A stretch of 64,000 nucleotides of DNA from Octopus vulgaris. Lineage: Eukaryota. The stretch covers positions 87,978,001 through 88,042,000 of the forward strand of contig OX597825.1 of NCBI GenBank assembly GCA_951406725.2, given 5' to 3'. Below, in pieces: positions 25,253 to 42,121 of this stretch (position 1 is its first letter; every line of letters starts with the position of its first letter). The translations under genes were made by a program, and so were the position numbers. The notes beneath the pieces are model-generated. The model saw nothing but the letters and a program-made list of their open reading frames with translations. It was not told where the DNA came from and did not search any database.

Positions 25253-28200
25253 ACTTTGATACTTTGATACTTTGATAGGTTTCGGCCATTATTGGCCCAG
25301 GCCATGTCTAACTTAATAGCACCACCTGGTGAAGTCTTTCAAGTCAGAATTTGGGCACTATGGCCCACTCAAGTAGAGAGTTATTGTTTACAGAGACATA
25401 TCCGGGTGTAGGGGGTTTATCCGGGATTTCTTGAAGGAATCTGTCCAAAGACTTCTTGAACCCTATAGGGTCAGTTTCTGTTTTAATGTGTTTTGGTGTA
25501 ATGTTAAAGAGAGCGGGGCCAATTGAGGTGAAATAATTGTGCCGTATTGTTGTTATGAGATGAGAGTGCGATTTTTGTTTTGGGCGGATGGCACGGGGCC
25601 CAAGCCTTGGATGTACCTTAAAGGTGATGCCAACATCATTTGGGCAATGCTGATGGAATATTTTCCACATCATGCAGATGATGTAGCGCTCACGACGACG
25701 TTGGAGAGAATAGAGTTTTAGCTTTTCTAGACGACCCCAATAGTCGAGGCCTGTCATGCCATCTATCTTTTTTGTGATTGCCCTTTGAGGTGCTTCGACT
25801 TTTTTGATACCTTGTATTGTGTGGGGAGACCACAGTGGACAACAGTATTCAAGGTGGGGTCGGGCAAAAGTGGAGAAGAGAAGGATAATGGTGTGGATAT
25901 CTCTCGACTGGAAAGTTCTGAGAATCCAGGAACACATTCTGCGGGCCATGTCAACTTTGGTGTTTATATGAGTGGCCCAGCTTACGTTGTTGTCCACAAT
26001 TACTCCCAAGTCTCTGATGTTGTTGGACGCCGCGAGAGTTTCACCTGAAGGAAGGGAGTATGGGAGTTTCAGGGCATCCTCTTTTCCAAAGTGGATTAGC
26101 TCAAATTTATCCTCGTTCAGCAGCATATTGTTTTTTTCTGCCCATTGGATAACAGCCAGTAGATCTGACTGAAGGCATGTCCGGTCACTCGCCTCATTTA
26201 TGACCTTCTGTAGCTTGGAGTCATCTGCAAAGATTTTTATGTTGCTGTGCTTGATGATGTCATTAATGTCATTAATGTAAATGATGAAAAGAAGTGGGCC
26301 CAGCACAGTGCCTTGCGGAACGCCACTACTGACTTTGGCTGGGCTTGATTTTACCCCTTCAACTACAACATGTTGAGATCTGTCTGTCAGGAAACACTTA
26401 ATCCATTTCAGTAACTTTCCAGAGACACCAATGTTGGATAGTTTTTTCAATAGGATCTTGTGATCGACCCTGTCGAAGGCCTTACTGAAATCAAGGTAGA
26501 TGACATCGGTGTTGGAGCCCTCTCCCAAAGCTCTCAAAATGTCCTCAAAGTGATGCAGGAGCTGCGTTAGGCAGTCCCTTCCATTACGGAACCCATGTTG
26601 GTTGGAGATCAGCCGTCTGTTGCTTTCCAGAAATTGGGTTATTTGAGATCTCACCACCCTCTCAAATACCTTGATGATATGAGAGGTGAGTGAGATCGGA
26701 CGGTAATTCACTGCAAGGGACTTGTTTCCCTTTTTGAAAACTGGGACAACAGACTGGGACAGAAGGTTTTTTGGAATATAGCCAGCATCCAGTGAGTTTC
26801 TCCACAGATTAGCAAGGGGAGATGCAAGTTGGTGTCGACACACCTTCAGGACACAAGCAGGGAACCTATCGGGGCCTACTGCTGAATTGTGTTTTATTTC
26901 GTTTATCGCCGCTAAGACATCAGGGGCACTAAACGTTATGTCCGATATAGTGTGTTGGGGGTTGACATCACTGATACAGCCCAGATCGGCCATATCAGGA
27001 TTGCTGAAAACAGAGCAGTATTGTTTCTGCAGTATCTCGGCCATGGATTTGGCATTATCTTGGAGAGTGCCAGTTTCGTCAATTAGAGGGCCTACAGTGG
27101 AGACAGTGACCCTGCGTTTCCTCGCAAATGAAAAGAACACTTTGGGGTTGAGTTTGATTTTTTCAATGGCCCACTTCTCCTCAGCTGATCTTTGGTTATT
27201 GATGAGGGACTTCATGCATTGTTGGAGGTTATATTTTTTGGATTCAAGCAGTGCGATAGCCGTCGAATGTGTGTGTTGCTGTTGGCAGTACTTTAGTTTG
27301 TTAATTTTTTTGTTTGTTCTTTTTATTTTTCTGATAATGGTTTTTCTGTTTTGGGGGATTCTGCACTTTTTGTTCACAGGTCTTGGTGGGGAGTGTTTTG
27401 CACACATGTCTGTGACGGTGTCTACAAAGATCTGCCAAGATGTTTTATGGTTGGTGGAGATGTGTGTATGTGTAAAGGACCAGTCAACATTTGATAGCTC
27501 GTTCCTGATTGCATCCCAGTTGGCTTTATGGAGATCCATGTTGTCAAATGGGTGGGCTGGAGGAAGGTCACTAGGATTAGCTTTCGGCTGGTGGAATTTC
27601 ATGTTACAGAGAACCATGTCATGGTCTGAAAGAAGGGTTTTTTCCACTGTAACGTTATGTATAGTGTTAGTGTGGTTACTAAACACTAGGTCCAAAATGT
27701 TCTGATGTCTTGTTGGTGCAAGGACAAGTTGGGACAAGAAAAACTCATTCGTAAAGTCGAAAAGTGACTCTGCTGCTTCTTTGTCAGCGGTTGAGGCGGG
27801 AGTGCTTGGTTTCAAACAGTTTGTAGTCCAGTCAACACAGGGTAGATTGAAGTCTCCCATCATGAGTATGTTGCTAGAATGGCACTGTTGAATAAAGCAC
27901 TTAATGCTGTTGAGGCATTCTTTAAAGCACAGTATGGGTGTTTGGGGCGGCCTATAGAGCCCAATTACTGTCAGATCATTGGCTTTGTTGTGCACGGTGA
28001 CTGATTCACAGTAGCCGTTGGAGAATATACTATTTCCATCTGCCGTAAATGAATCATGCAGGAAAATGGCAGTTCCACCCTTCCTCCTGCCGATACGATC
28101 CGCGCGGATGGTTGTGAAATTCTTCACTCTCACTTCGGCTTCCAAGTGGGAGTTGTCAAGGTGGGTCTCAGTGAGAATGAAGAAAGGGATGTGGTGTGAA

Positions 28201-28372
28201 TGGTTACCAACCCAGTCTTCAATGAATTGGACCTTCCATTTTTGTGCATTGATGGAAGGGCTGACACCTTGTGCATTGAGTAGGAATGTGGAGGTTAGTG
28301 TAGTGGCTGGTTTTGACTGTTGCAGGGGGCTTGGATTTTTTGTGTGTGTTAGTGGCAGCAATGTGGGGAATT

Positions 28373-28374
<2 letters not shown>
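25253..28374 (-). mobile_element. CR1/Zenon-like LINE family A, 5'-truncated, with 3' stem-loop and (TATCAAAG)3 tail, inserted in (TA)n
   Basis: Intact ORF2, short 3'UTR and octamer tail; (TA)n on both sides (24946-25252 and 28375-28576). Confidence 0.95.
25344..28373 (-). CDS. LINE ORF2: apurinic-like endonuclease plus reverse transcriptase (~1009 aa, native start not present)
   Basis: APE motifs LLNAQG, LTETHL, YRPP, MGDFNLP, LDLVF, SDH; RT motifs [35 protein letters not shown]; C-terminal [11 protein letters not shown]. No stops. The first 76 aa of the ORF-track call come from upstream flank and microsatellite. Confidence 0.93.
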
Positions 28375-28407
<33 letters not shown>

Positions 28408-28576
28408 ATATATATATGTGTATATATATATATATGTGTATATATATATATGTATATATATATGTGTATATATATATATGTATATATATGTATATATATA
28501 TATATATATATGTGTATATATATATATATATGTATATATATGTATATATATATGTATATATATATATGTATATATA

Positions 28577-28824
28577 GTACGTTTAAATATTTGTTGTGCA
28601 AGATTTTTTATGTGAAGTCGTGTGTTGAAACAGATATTGTTATATTTCGGAATGGTCATATTGCCAGTTTAGCCAATAAAAACACACGCACTATATATTT
28701 GGTGTTATTTTGCTTCGGTGATATTTATTTTTTAAATCACTGAAGCAAAATAACACCAAATATATAGTGCGTGTGTTTTTATTGGCTAAACTGGCAATAT
28801 GACCATTCCGAAATATAACAATAT
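28577..28824 (+). mobile_element. Penelope-like terminus with degenerate hammerhead (28585-28647) and 89-bp inverted duplication
   Basis: AAATAT-[TTGTTGT for CTGATGA]-stem-GAAA-CAGATATTG-TT-ATATTT, with AATAAA downstream. Arms 28634-28722 and 28736-28824 differ by 1 mismatch. Confidence 0.65.
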
Positions 28825-28869
28825 GTATATATATATACATATATATATATATGTATATATATTTATATG

Positions 28870-28914
<45 letters not shown>

Positions 28915-28979
28915 GTGTATATGTATATATGTATATATATATATATATGTATATATATATGTATATATATATGTATATA

Positions 28980-29032
<53 letters not shown>

Positions 29033-29067
29033 GTATATATATATGTATATATATATATGTGTATATA

Positions 29068-29105
<38 letters not shown>

Positions 29106-29166
29106 AGATATATATAGATATATATATAGATATATATATATATATATAGATATATATAGATATATA

Positions 29167-29256
29167 TGAAACCAAGTAGCAACACCAAATGGCGGTGCCC
29201 CAGCATGGCCACAGCTCATAGGCTGAAACTAGAATCAATCAATCAATCAATCAATC
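29167..29256 (+). mobile_element. Ultra-short 3' end of CR1-like family B with (AATC)6 tail, in (TA)n
   Basis: Matches the 3'UTR of 33600-33682 and 48887-48976. Confidence 0.9.
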
Positions 29257-29645
29257 ATATATATATGTATATATATATATGTATATATATATATATGTTT
29301 ATATATATATATATGTAAAGGTATATGTATATATATATGTATATATATATGTATATATATGTATATATATATATGTATATATATATATGTATATATATAT
29401 ATATGTATATATGCATATATATATATGTATACATATATATGTATATATGCATATATATATGTATATATATATATGTATATATATATATATGTATATATAC
29501 ATGTATATATATATGTATATATATATATATATATATGTGTATATATATATATGTGTATATATAAATGTATATGTATATATATATGTATATATATATATAT
29601 AAATACATGTATATATATGTATCTATATATATATGTATATATATG

Positions 29646-32361
<2,716 letters not shown>

Positions 32362-32427
32362 TATTAAGTTAGACATGGCCTGGGCCAATAATGGCCGAAA
32401 CCTATCAAAGTATCAAAGTATCAAAGT
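32362..32427 (+). mobile_element. Ultra-short 3' end of family A (stem-loop plus (TATCAAAG)3) in (TA)n
   Basis: Exact reverse complement of 25253-25318. Confidence 0.92.
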
Positions 32428-32517
32428 ATATATATGTATATATATATGTATATATATATATGTATATATATATGTATATATATATGCATATATCTATATG
32501 TATATATATATATATAG

Positions 32518-32948
32518 ATGGGTGTATTTTACCTTGTTAACAATTAACACGGATAAATTTATGAATAGTTACCAGGGCAGCAAAAATCTCACAAGTAAAG
32601 ATGTTGTAACTCCTTGTTTATAAAGGTTGAAACTTCGTGTTTACGTTGAATATTTGAATAATATGAATAAAAAATGGAGTTAACGCAGTTTTAAACAAGT
32701 ATTTTTACTTTCTACATATGTATCAAAAATTCCACTGATACTTATTCAAAAGAATAAAAGGTATAAACAATGCAATCTTCTCTTCGGGAAAGTGAAAAAA
32801 CGAAACTTGTCAATACGACATTTTAGCAAAAAATGATGGATTCTTATAGCGATAGACAGAACGCTATTAATATTGTTTAAAAAACGTTATATGATATAAC
32901 GTCATAAGTAGCTAACAGAAAGAGTAGGGATATTAATAGTGAATATAG
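32518..32948 (-). mobile_element. Penelope-like terminus with degenerate hammerhead (32707-32793)
   Basis: Minus: ACTTTC-CCGAAGA-long stem II-GATA-CATATG-TA-GAAAGT, with two core substitutions and a palindromic helix III. The 3' side ends in (TA)n. Confidence 0.55.
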
Positions 32949-33679
32949 TGTACATGTTGCTAAATTGGCAATGAAATGTAGACGACTGGCCTGATGGATT
33001 CTCAGAACATTTAGAACAAGAGAACAAGAAACCATGATGGTCCTCTGGAGGACACTTGTCCTAAGCCACTTTGACTATTGCTCTCAGTTATGGTCACCAT
33101 CCAGTGTCAAGTTGATCACAGAGCTCGTGGCGATCCAGCGTAGCTACACGAAGAAGATAGTCTCTATGCAGAATGTAAGCTACTGGGAAAGACTCAAGAG
33201 ATTAAAACTATATTCCTTGGAGCGTAGGCGGGAAAGATATGCCATAATATACATCTGGAAGATCCTGGAGGGACGTGTCCCAAACTTTGGCATCGAGAGT
33301 TACACAAATGCCAGAACTGGGCGCATACTGCGTGGTGCCTAGGACTTCAAATTTGCCATCAAGATGTAGGACAAGATAATGTGATAGCCTGGGCTTCCGA
33401 GGCCCACAGCTCTTCAATATCCTCCCGAAGAACCTGAGAGACCTGCATAGGGTGTGCGCAGATGTCTTTAAAATGGAACTGCATCTCTTCCTGTCAGGTG
33501 TCCCAGATGAACCAACTTCACGGCAGGAGGTGCAGATGAGGGCAGCTGCATCGAACTCTCTCATGCACCAAATGGCAGTTGCTAAAAAGCTTTCGTGAAG
33601 TAAAACCAAGTAGCAACACCAAATGGCAGTGCCCCAGCATGGCCACAGCTCATGAGCTGAAACTAGAATCAATCAATCA

Positions 33680-33682
<3 letters not shown>
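32949..33682 (+). mobile_element. CR1/Zenon-like family B 3' fragment with (AATC)4 tail
   Basis: WILRTF...FDYCSQLWSP...LYSLERRRERY, followed by ~1.57 kb of (TA)n. Confidence 0.92.
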
Positions 33683-35252
<1,570 letters not shown>

Positions 35253-36683
35253 CGACACGGTGACTACCACTCCTCCTATCTTCCAGAAAGCAGATTTACA
35301 ATTAAGAAACTTACCGCTAACTATTACTACAGCCTCCATTAGAACGACACACTTACGTATCTTCACTCCAAAAAAATAATCCTGCCAAACCTGCTGTCTG
35401 CCCGAACATCACAAAACCCATTTGCTGTAGTAACACCTCTGTTTGGTTCAGAAATGGTATTCAATTCTTTGACACAAATCAAGAAACAAGAAAGCATTTA
35501 ACAAAAACCGTGACCAAATTCTGCCTTATAACCAGAACCATAGACACTCCGGACGCCAACTCCATTTCAGCCATGTTGAATCTTACAAAAGAAATCCGGA
35601 GACGCCTTCATTTAACAAACCGCTGTGAAACTAAACTATGGAGCTTGGTTTTCGCGATACTATATTATTTCTGCATATTTTAAGACTAATTCAGGAAATA
35701 GTATCTATGTGTGTGTATAATAAAATCACTAATTTAGATATTTCAAAAATACATAATGATGTCTTCTCGTATAGAATATTTGTCTAGACTGCCTGTTGTT
35801 AGGAAGGTGTAACGTTGTTTCTGTAATATCCTTTTCCCAGTTCTCAGAACATTTTTCAAATTCTTCCCAAATGACATTGTTTCTGGTTGTCACATATCAA
35901 TTTGCAGGTAATGTACTTTATTTGAAAGAATTGATAGATTCTCTCAAGAGTGAGTAATGTTTACTCTCACTGTTTCAGCTTTCACAAGAATTTAGATTTC
36001 TTCCAGCATTCTTAAATAGGAAACCAAAAGCATCTCTTTTCAAAGATCTGTGCCATTAAGCGAAAGGAAATACGCTAAACTGGTGAAATATTAAACATTC
36101 TTGAATAATTTATTGAAACTGTTTTGCTATGCAACCACACAATAACACAAGTTTGCATTGCGCTTTCGGTATCATACTGAGTTTCTAGTTCGAAGTGCTG
36201 AAATATTTCCTTCACTAATGGCCGAATACGGTCATTGAATGCAGTTAACAATGATTTGAAGCTGATAATGCGCTTTTAGTGAGAGGAAAATACCTCGGAT
36301 CAAATTCCCGTGATACAATCACTCTATACGTAATGCGAATTAAGATTTCCAGTCTTCAGCTATGCAATTGTTTTAAGCGAATATTTGAAACGTAGATCTT
36401 ACAAATTCTCTAATAGCTCTGAACAAAGATTGTGTTACTTATAAATAATTCACTGAAATTTGCATACACAAAAGTCAACGTATAAGAGCATTGTTTAGTC
36501 TTTATAGTCTATTTAATTCACAGAAGCTTAGGTTTTTTTATTACATAATAGAATACGGATATAATAAAGCATCAATTCGCATTTTCAACGGGCTTAAGAT
36601 TCCTTAGCTGTAATCTGAATTAAAACCCTATTGATGGCAGAGAGATGTGCTATGGCAGTTAATACGTTCAAGTCACCCATATT

Positions 36684-36832
36684 GGCGTGGCTGTGTGGTA
36701 AGAAACTTGCTTCCTAACGACACGGTTCAGGGTTCAGTACCGCTCCGTGGCACCTTCGGCAAGTGTCTTCTACAACTGCCTCGGGCCGACCGAGTTGATG
36801 TGGTAGGCGGAAACTGAAAGAAATCTGTAGCA
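36684..36832 (+). mobile_element. tRNA-derived SINE (family 2)
   Basis: GTGGCTGTGTGGTAAG...GGTTCAGTACC...AAACTGAAAGAA; homologous to 19178-19342. Confidence 0.8.
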
Positions 36833-38213
36833 TATATATATATATGAGAGAGAGAGAGACATCTATCTATATGTATATATATATATACATATATATGATA
36901 AAATAATTGAAAACATGTGGATATATAAATATATGTACATATATATACAAATGTATACACATACATATATATAGTATATATATATATATATATATACATG
37001 CATATAAAATAAGTATACGGAAATATTATTTGGCTAATCGTGCTTTTCGCTAAACAAATAAAAAGAAATTGAATGAAATGTATTCGTAGACTAATAAATT
37101 AGCACTTCGCATGTAATAAGTATAGTGAAATTATTAAGAACAACTTTATTAGATGTGGTTTTGCAGTAACTAGATATTCATTTAGATATATATCTTCTAT
37201 TAATAATGCAAAATGAGATAATTTTTCCGAGAATCGTCAAATTAATATTTCTCTAAGAAAAAGCATACATAATGTATCCGCCGAGAGTAAATTTGATAAT
37301 TTTTGTATAAACACCCAAGAAGAGATAACCGACAATAAACCATATTTTAGGTAATTCCAAAGTTAATCTTAATAAAGTTTTTGAATGTAAGGTTTAAATA
37401 ATAATTTAAATTTAATCGAAATTTAATAATAATTGCAGACGTAAGAATCTATTGCAGCAAGCTATCCTGGAAGCAGAAGGGAACAGTTACTTCTATAGAG
37501 CATCTTTAGAAGTCGATTCAAACCCAATAACTCAAGCCTTAGCAAATTCATTTGGAGATTAAATGATAGCAATATTAGTTTTAATATTAGATGGCAAATA
37601 TCAACCTTTACAAAACCTCATTATCCCCCAGACAGAATTTGTGCCTTATGTACAACAGTAAGCTGTAATATTCTATTCTCTAAAAGCCAATTATTGGATG
37701 AGAGGATTGAGAAAGTTTTACTCTGCCTACATACACCTAAATATCTATTTTCGAAATATAGCTAACGGATTCTTAAATCATTATTAAATATTAGATTCGA
37801 TACTTTCTATATTAACCATAGTTTTTTTTAAAATTATAGTATTTTAAAATTAATGGCTAAATATATTGGTAAATATCTGAATTTCAAATGACCTCTAAGA
37901 ATCATTAAGTATTTCCATAAAGTTATTATAAAATAGAAAACCAGATATATTGATATATATCTGTTTAGGTTAATACATTACTGTATTTCAGTTATTATAA
38001 TGTAATATATTCAATTATTAGAAAAATATACATATAAATACCGTTATATACACTAAGCGGTCTTTTCTACAAACACACAGACACACACATACACATATTG
38101 TAGCAATTCGTGATGTTATTTTCTTACCAAATAAACACACGCACTATATACGTTTCTTCACTCTTACTGTTTTTATTTTTGCTCCTGTTAAAATAATACG
38201 CTTACTGTATAGA

Positions 38214-38264
<51 letters not shown>

Positions 38265-38403
38265 AATCTCTGAGGTATAAACAGTGGCTACACGACATCG
38301 TGAAATATATTTGCCACTTAAATATAGATAATCCATAAGGGTGGATGCTACTGTAACTTGTAGCCCCAAGAGGACACCTCCTCCAGTTGGGTATTGACCC
38401 GTC

Positions 38404-38438
<35 letters not shown>

Positions 38439-40648
38439 GTATAACTTGATGCATCTGTTAACGGCTTGATTTTGAAAATTTGAGTAGATACATATATAAA
38501 CGAATAAATTTGATTAGATATGGTTGGATGAATTCGTATATATAAATATTTACTAGTATCTAATAGCAAGTCAATGGAAATTATGCACTTATAACGGTCT
38601 ATTTATTATTTATTTGGTATTTTAAAATGTATTATATTACATAATTATTTTCCCTTACAGACATACCATTATTTTTTACTTTTTTATTCATATTATTCAT
38701 ATATTGTAAAATATATGTCTATTTTATTTTATCTTTATTTTTTATTACTTGAATTATAATCTTAGCAAATACATACACTCACTGTATAGGAAATATCATT
38801 TTAGTAGTTGATGGAGTCCCTTCAAGGAATATATAATCTTCATTATATTAAAACAAAAAGAAAAAAACCTGAGGAGATTGTGCTCCATACAGCTTAAAAG
38901 GATAAATAGTTAACAGTGGATTTGAATAATGCATTACCAAGGGGCTAAAATCGATACATGTGTAGCTTCATGTGTTTCCTATTTCTAAAAAATATATGTG
39001 TATTTAAATCTTAGAGTATGATACATATAAATTAACTATGCATCCTCAACTTTTTACCTGGTTAATTTTACCTATTACAATAATCCACAAGACATCGTGG
39101 AGATTTTTTTCTAGTGTGATGGAGATTAAACCAGCAAAATTGTGGATTTATTAATTCTCAATAACTATATTACATCATTGAATTGACTATTTATATACAC
39201 ATACATGCATACATGGAGCCACGCCTGAATATGAAATACCTATTTAGATGGTAGAGATTTAAGTAATGTACTTCATCCTGAAAGTTGAGTAAAATTTTAT
39301 GGTATTGTGATATTGCATGGTAAATTGATCGAACATCATAGATGCACAGACACATATACGTGCCTGCTCACACATATACATGCATGCGTTCAAATATAGA
39401 TGCATGAATGCATGAATATTATATATATATACACAAACATTTTCATACATACGTACTTATACTAAGGGAGGGAGAGAGGGTGAGTAAGAACTAGAAAGGA
39501 AGCAAGCAGATAAATGGATCTATCGTTAAATGTTCACACACACATGCACAAACATATGGATACCTATACATATGCACGCAAAAAACACATGTACTTATAT
39601 TTGTGTGTGTGTGTATGTGGTTGAGTGCATGTGTAGCTAATATGCGTATGTATATTTGATTTAGTGACTTTTCTGAAGAGAAAACGACCAACACAACAAA
39701 AATGGACAATTTCATGAAAGGCCGAGAAGATTGAAAAACAATCGAACAAAGAACCGTACAAAAATCATTCGGATAAAGTTTAGCAGCTCAAGCTCAATCA
39801 AATTTTCTGAATGGTTTCTCACCAATGTTTCATCGCACAATTACAACGGTGACATGTCTGACAGATGTCTAATTTATTTATTTATTATAATTGCTTCATT
39901 TAGTTTCATTTCATAGGAAAGTAATTTCAAAATCTCCTATCTTGCTATCTGTCCGTTTTAAAAGACTAACATGTGACATGAATATTGATTTTATATTTAC
40001 TATAGCAGATGTTCAGAAACGCAGAGAAATACAAAATGGATTCGGTGACTTTCATGCAACTCTGCCATTCGTAGACAAAGTGAATAAACTGTGACAAAAA
40101 CAGGCGGACTCGCACATATTTTCATGACAGATTACACATCAATTGTGTCCCCATACGTCGTAGGACCCATGTTTTCGTAGCTATAACAAACTTATGCATA
40201 TGCTTTTATTTGTTTCACATCTGGCTGAAAATAGATCGACGAAAGAAAACTCAGTGGCGTTACTCGAAAGATACAAACATACACATACACACATACATAC
40301 ATAGCAACGGTGGTTATCCCTTGTATCATTCATCATGCACCGCCTCTAAGAATTTTAGTGCAACTAATCGCCCCCTGTACGTGTCTGGTTTTTAAACCCT
40401 GGTTCTTAATCTGTCGGCCTCTTTGCAGAACCGCTATCTAACAAAAGCACACCAACACCAAGCCGGGGTGAGGGTCAAACACAGATAGAAAGACACATGT
40501 GCATACAAACAAAAGCACATACACGCATGTGGTTTCGAGTGACATTCGAAACCTCGAAGCTTATATGCAACCCCTACCGGCAAATAAAGACATGCTATAT
40601 AACCGAACGAAGCGAAACCGAGTTTATTGAACGAGGTACCTTTTGAAA

Positions 40649-40754
40649 AGTCATCTGATGAGATACACCTACACTAAAAGATGCACCATTACCAGTTGTA
40701 TAGTATTTCCCCGCGCGTGATGACGCAAGTTGGATCGAAACGATCGTTGTGATT
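40649..40754 (+). ncRNA. Type I hammerhead ribozyme motif, intact core, long loop 2
   Basis: AGTCAT-CTGATGA-GATACA...TGGATC-GAAA-CGATCG-TT-GTGATT, with palindromic helix III ACGATCGT. Confidence 0.6.
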
Positions 40755-42083
40755 AAAAACGAGAATTTCTTGAATTCCATTGGCTGTTTCTCTCATTTGT
40801 TACATACTCGACAAATAATGAGGAATTCCTCAATTATACAGAGTGACATTAACATCGATACTCTGGAGGAAATCAGGTAGCCATAGACAGTGAAAGTGCT
40901 TTAATTGGCATACTATCCAAGTTTTAAATACTAACCAAGTTTTAAATAACTTCATATACATACCTATCTGTTTGTGTGTGTAGTAAATGAAAAGGGATTT
41001 GGAATCCGGGTAGGAGAGTCATATTAGCAATCTGATATAAGCCTTTTTCTAGCTACCGATATCGGATGACAAAGAACACATATTATTATTCGGCAATTTA
41101 CTCGATAGATAAATCCTAAGTCCATTTCATTGTATCTTATACAGTATGCAGAGGATATAATGAAGACCTCATAAAAAAAGAGCCTGGAAAAGTTTGCATC
41201 TTCAGCACTTATTTTCCTTATATTCCCATTACATTTCAATCCGACACGCGTTTCTGCGGCACAATTGTCCTAATGTCCTTTGACGTTGCATTTATGTGCT
41301 TATAGTTGTTCAGTTGTAGTACATATTCATCCAGAGTAGACATTCTCACGCAGCTTTGCTCGAGATTCTACTCATGTGGATGAGTTCACCTCCCCTGTAT
41401 GGGTAAAACCATGAACATAGGTAATGAAAAGTCAGGCAGAAATGGTGACATGAACGAGAGTTTGAGTCTTACTCTTTCTGAATCGCAATAACATTTCACC
41501 TTACACTCCTTCCTAAATAACATATATCTAGGTAGATTCTATCTGCAAAATATAGGATATTCACATTGGAAACACAACTTCACACATGTCTCGCTGGCTA
41601 AACAGCAACAATCAACCAAACATCATTATTATTGCGGAAAATTCCCTGAACTGTCTGATCAAGTTTAGCGGCTTTAATTGGAATATTAACAGCAAACAAA
41701 AATCAGGATTAATTGGATTGTCCTTTACGTGGACACATTCATTAAATATTGTAAATTTACTGTTGACAACATGAACCATTAGAAATTGTATTTTGCCTCA
41801 TACTACGGCAAAATATCATATCTCCGGATACTCTTTAAAAAAATTAGCAGGTATCTCCCTCGAAAAAACTCAAGGTTTATAGTTTAGCTACTATTTATCA
41901 GATACACTTCTAATGTTTATAACATTCACTAACATTTTATTAAGATAGAAGAAGATGTTCATGTAATTTGTCCTGCACACACACACACACACACATATAT
42001 GAATGTATGTATATGTAATCATATATACACACAAGCATATATATATATATGTTCTACATATATGTATATATATATGTATGTAT

Positions 42084-42121
<38 letters not shown>

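Noticed and set aside
26887-27705. 272-aa plus-strand ORF
   Set aside because: It is the antisense shadow of LINE ORF2.
32375-32405. Stem followed by GAAAC in the LINE 3' ends, resembling hammerhead helix II
   Set aside because: There is no upstream CUGANGA and no helix I/III; it is treated as a CR1-type 3' stem-loop.
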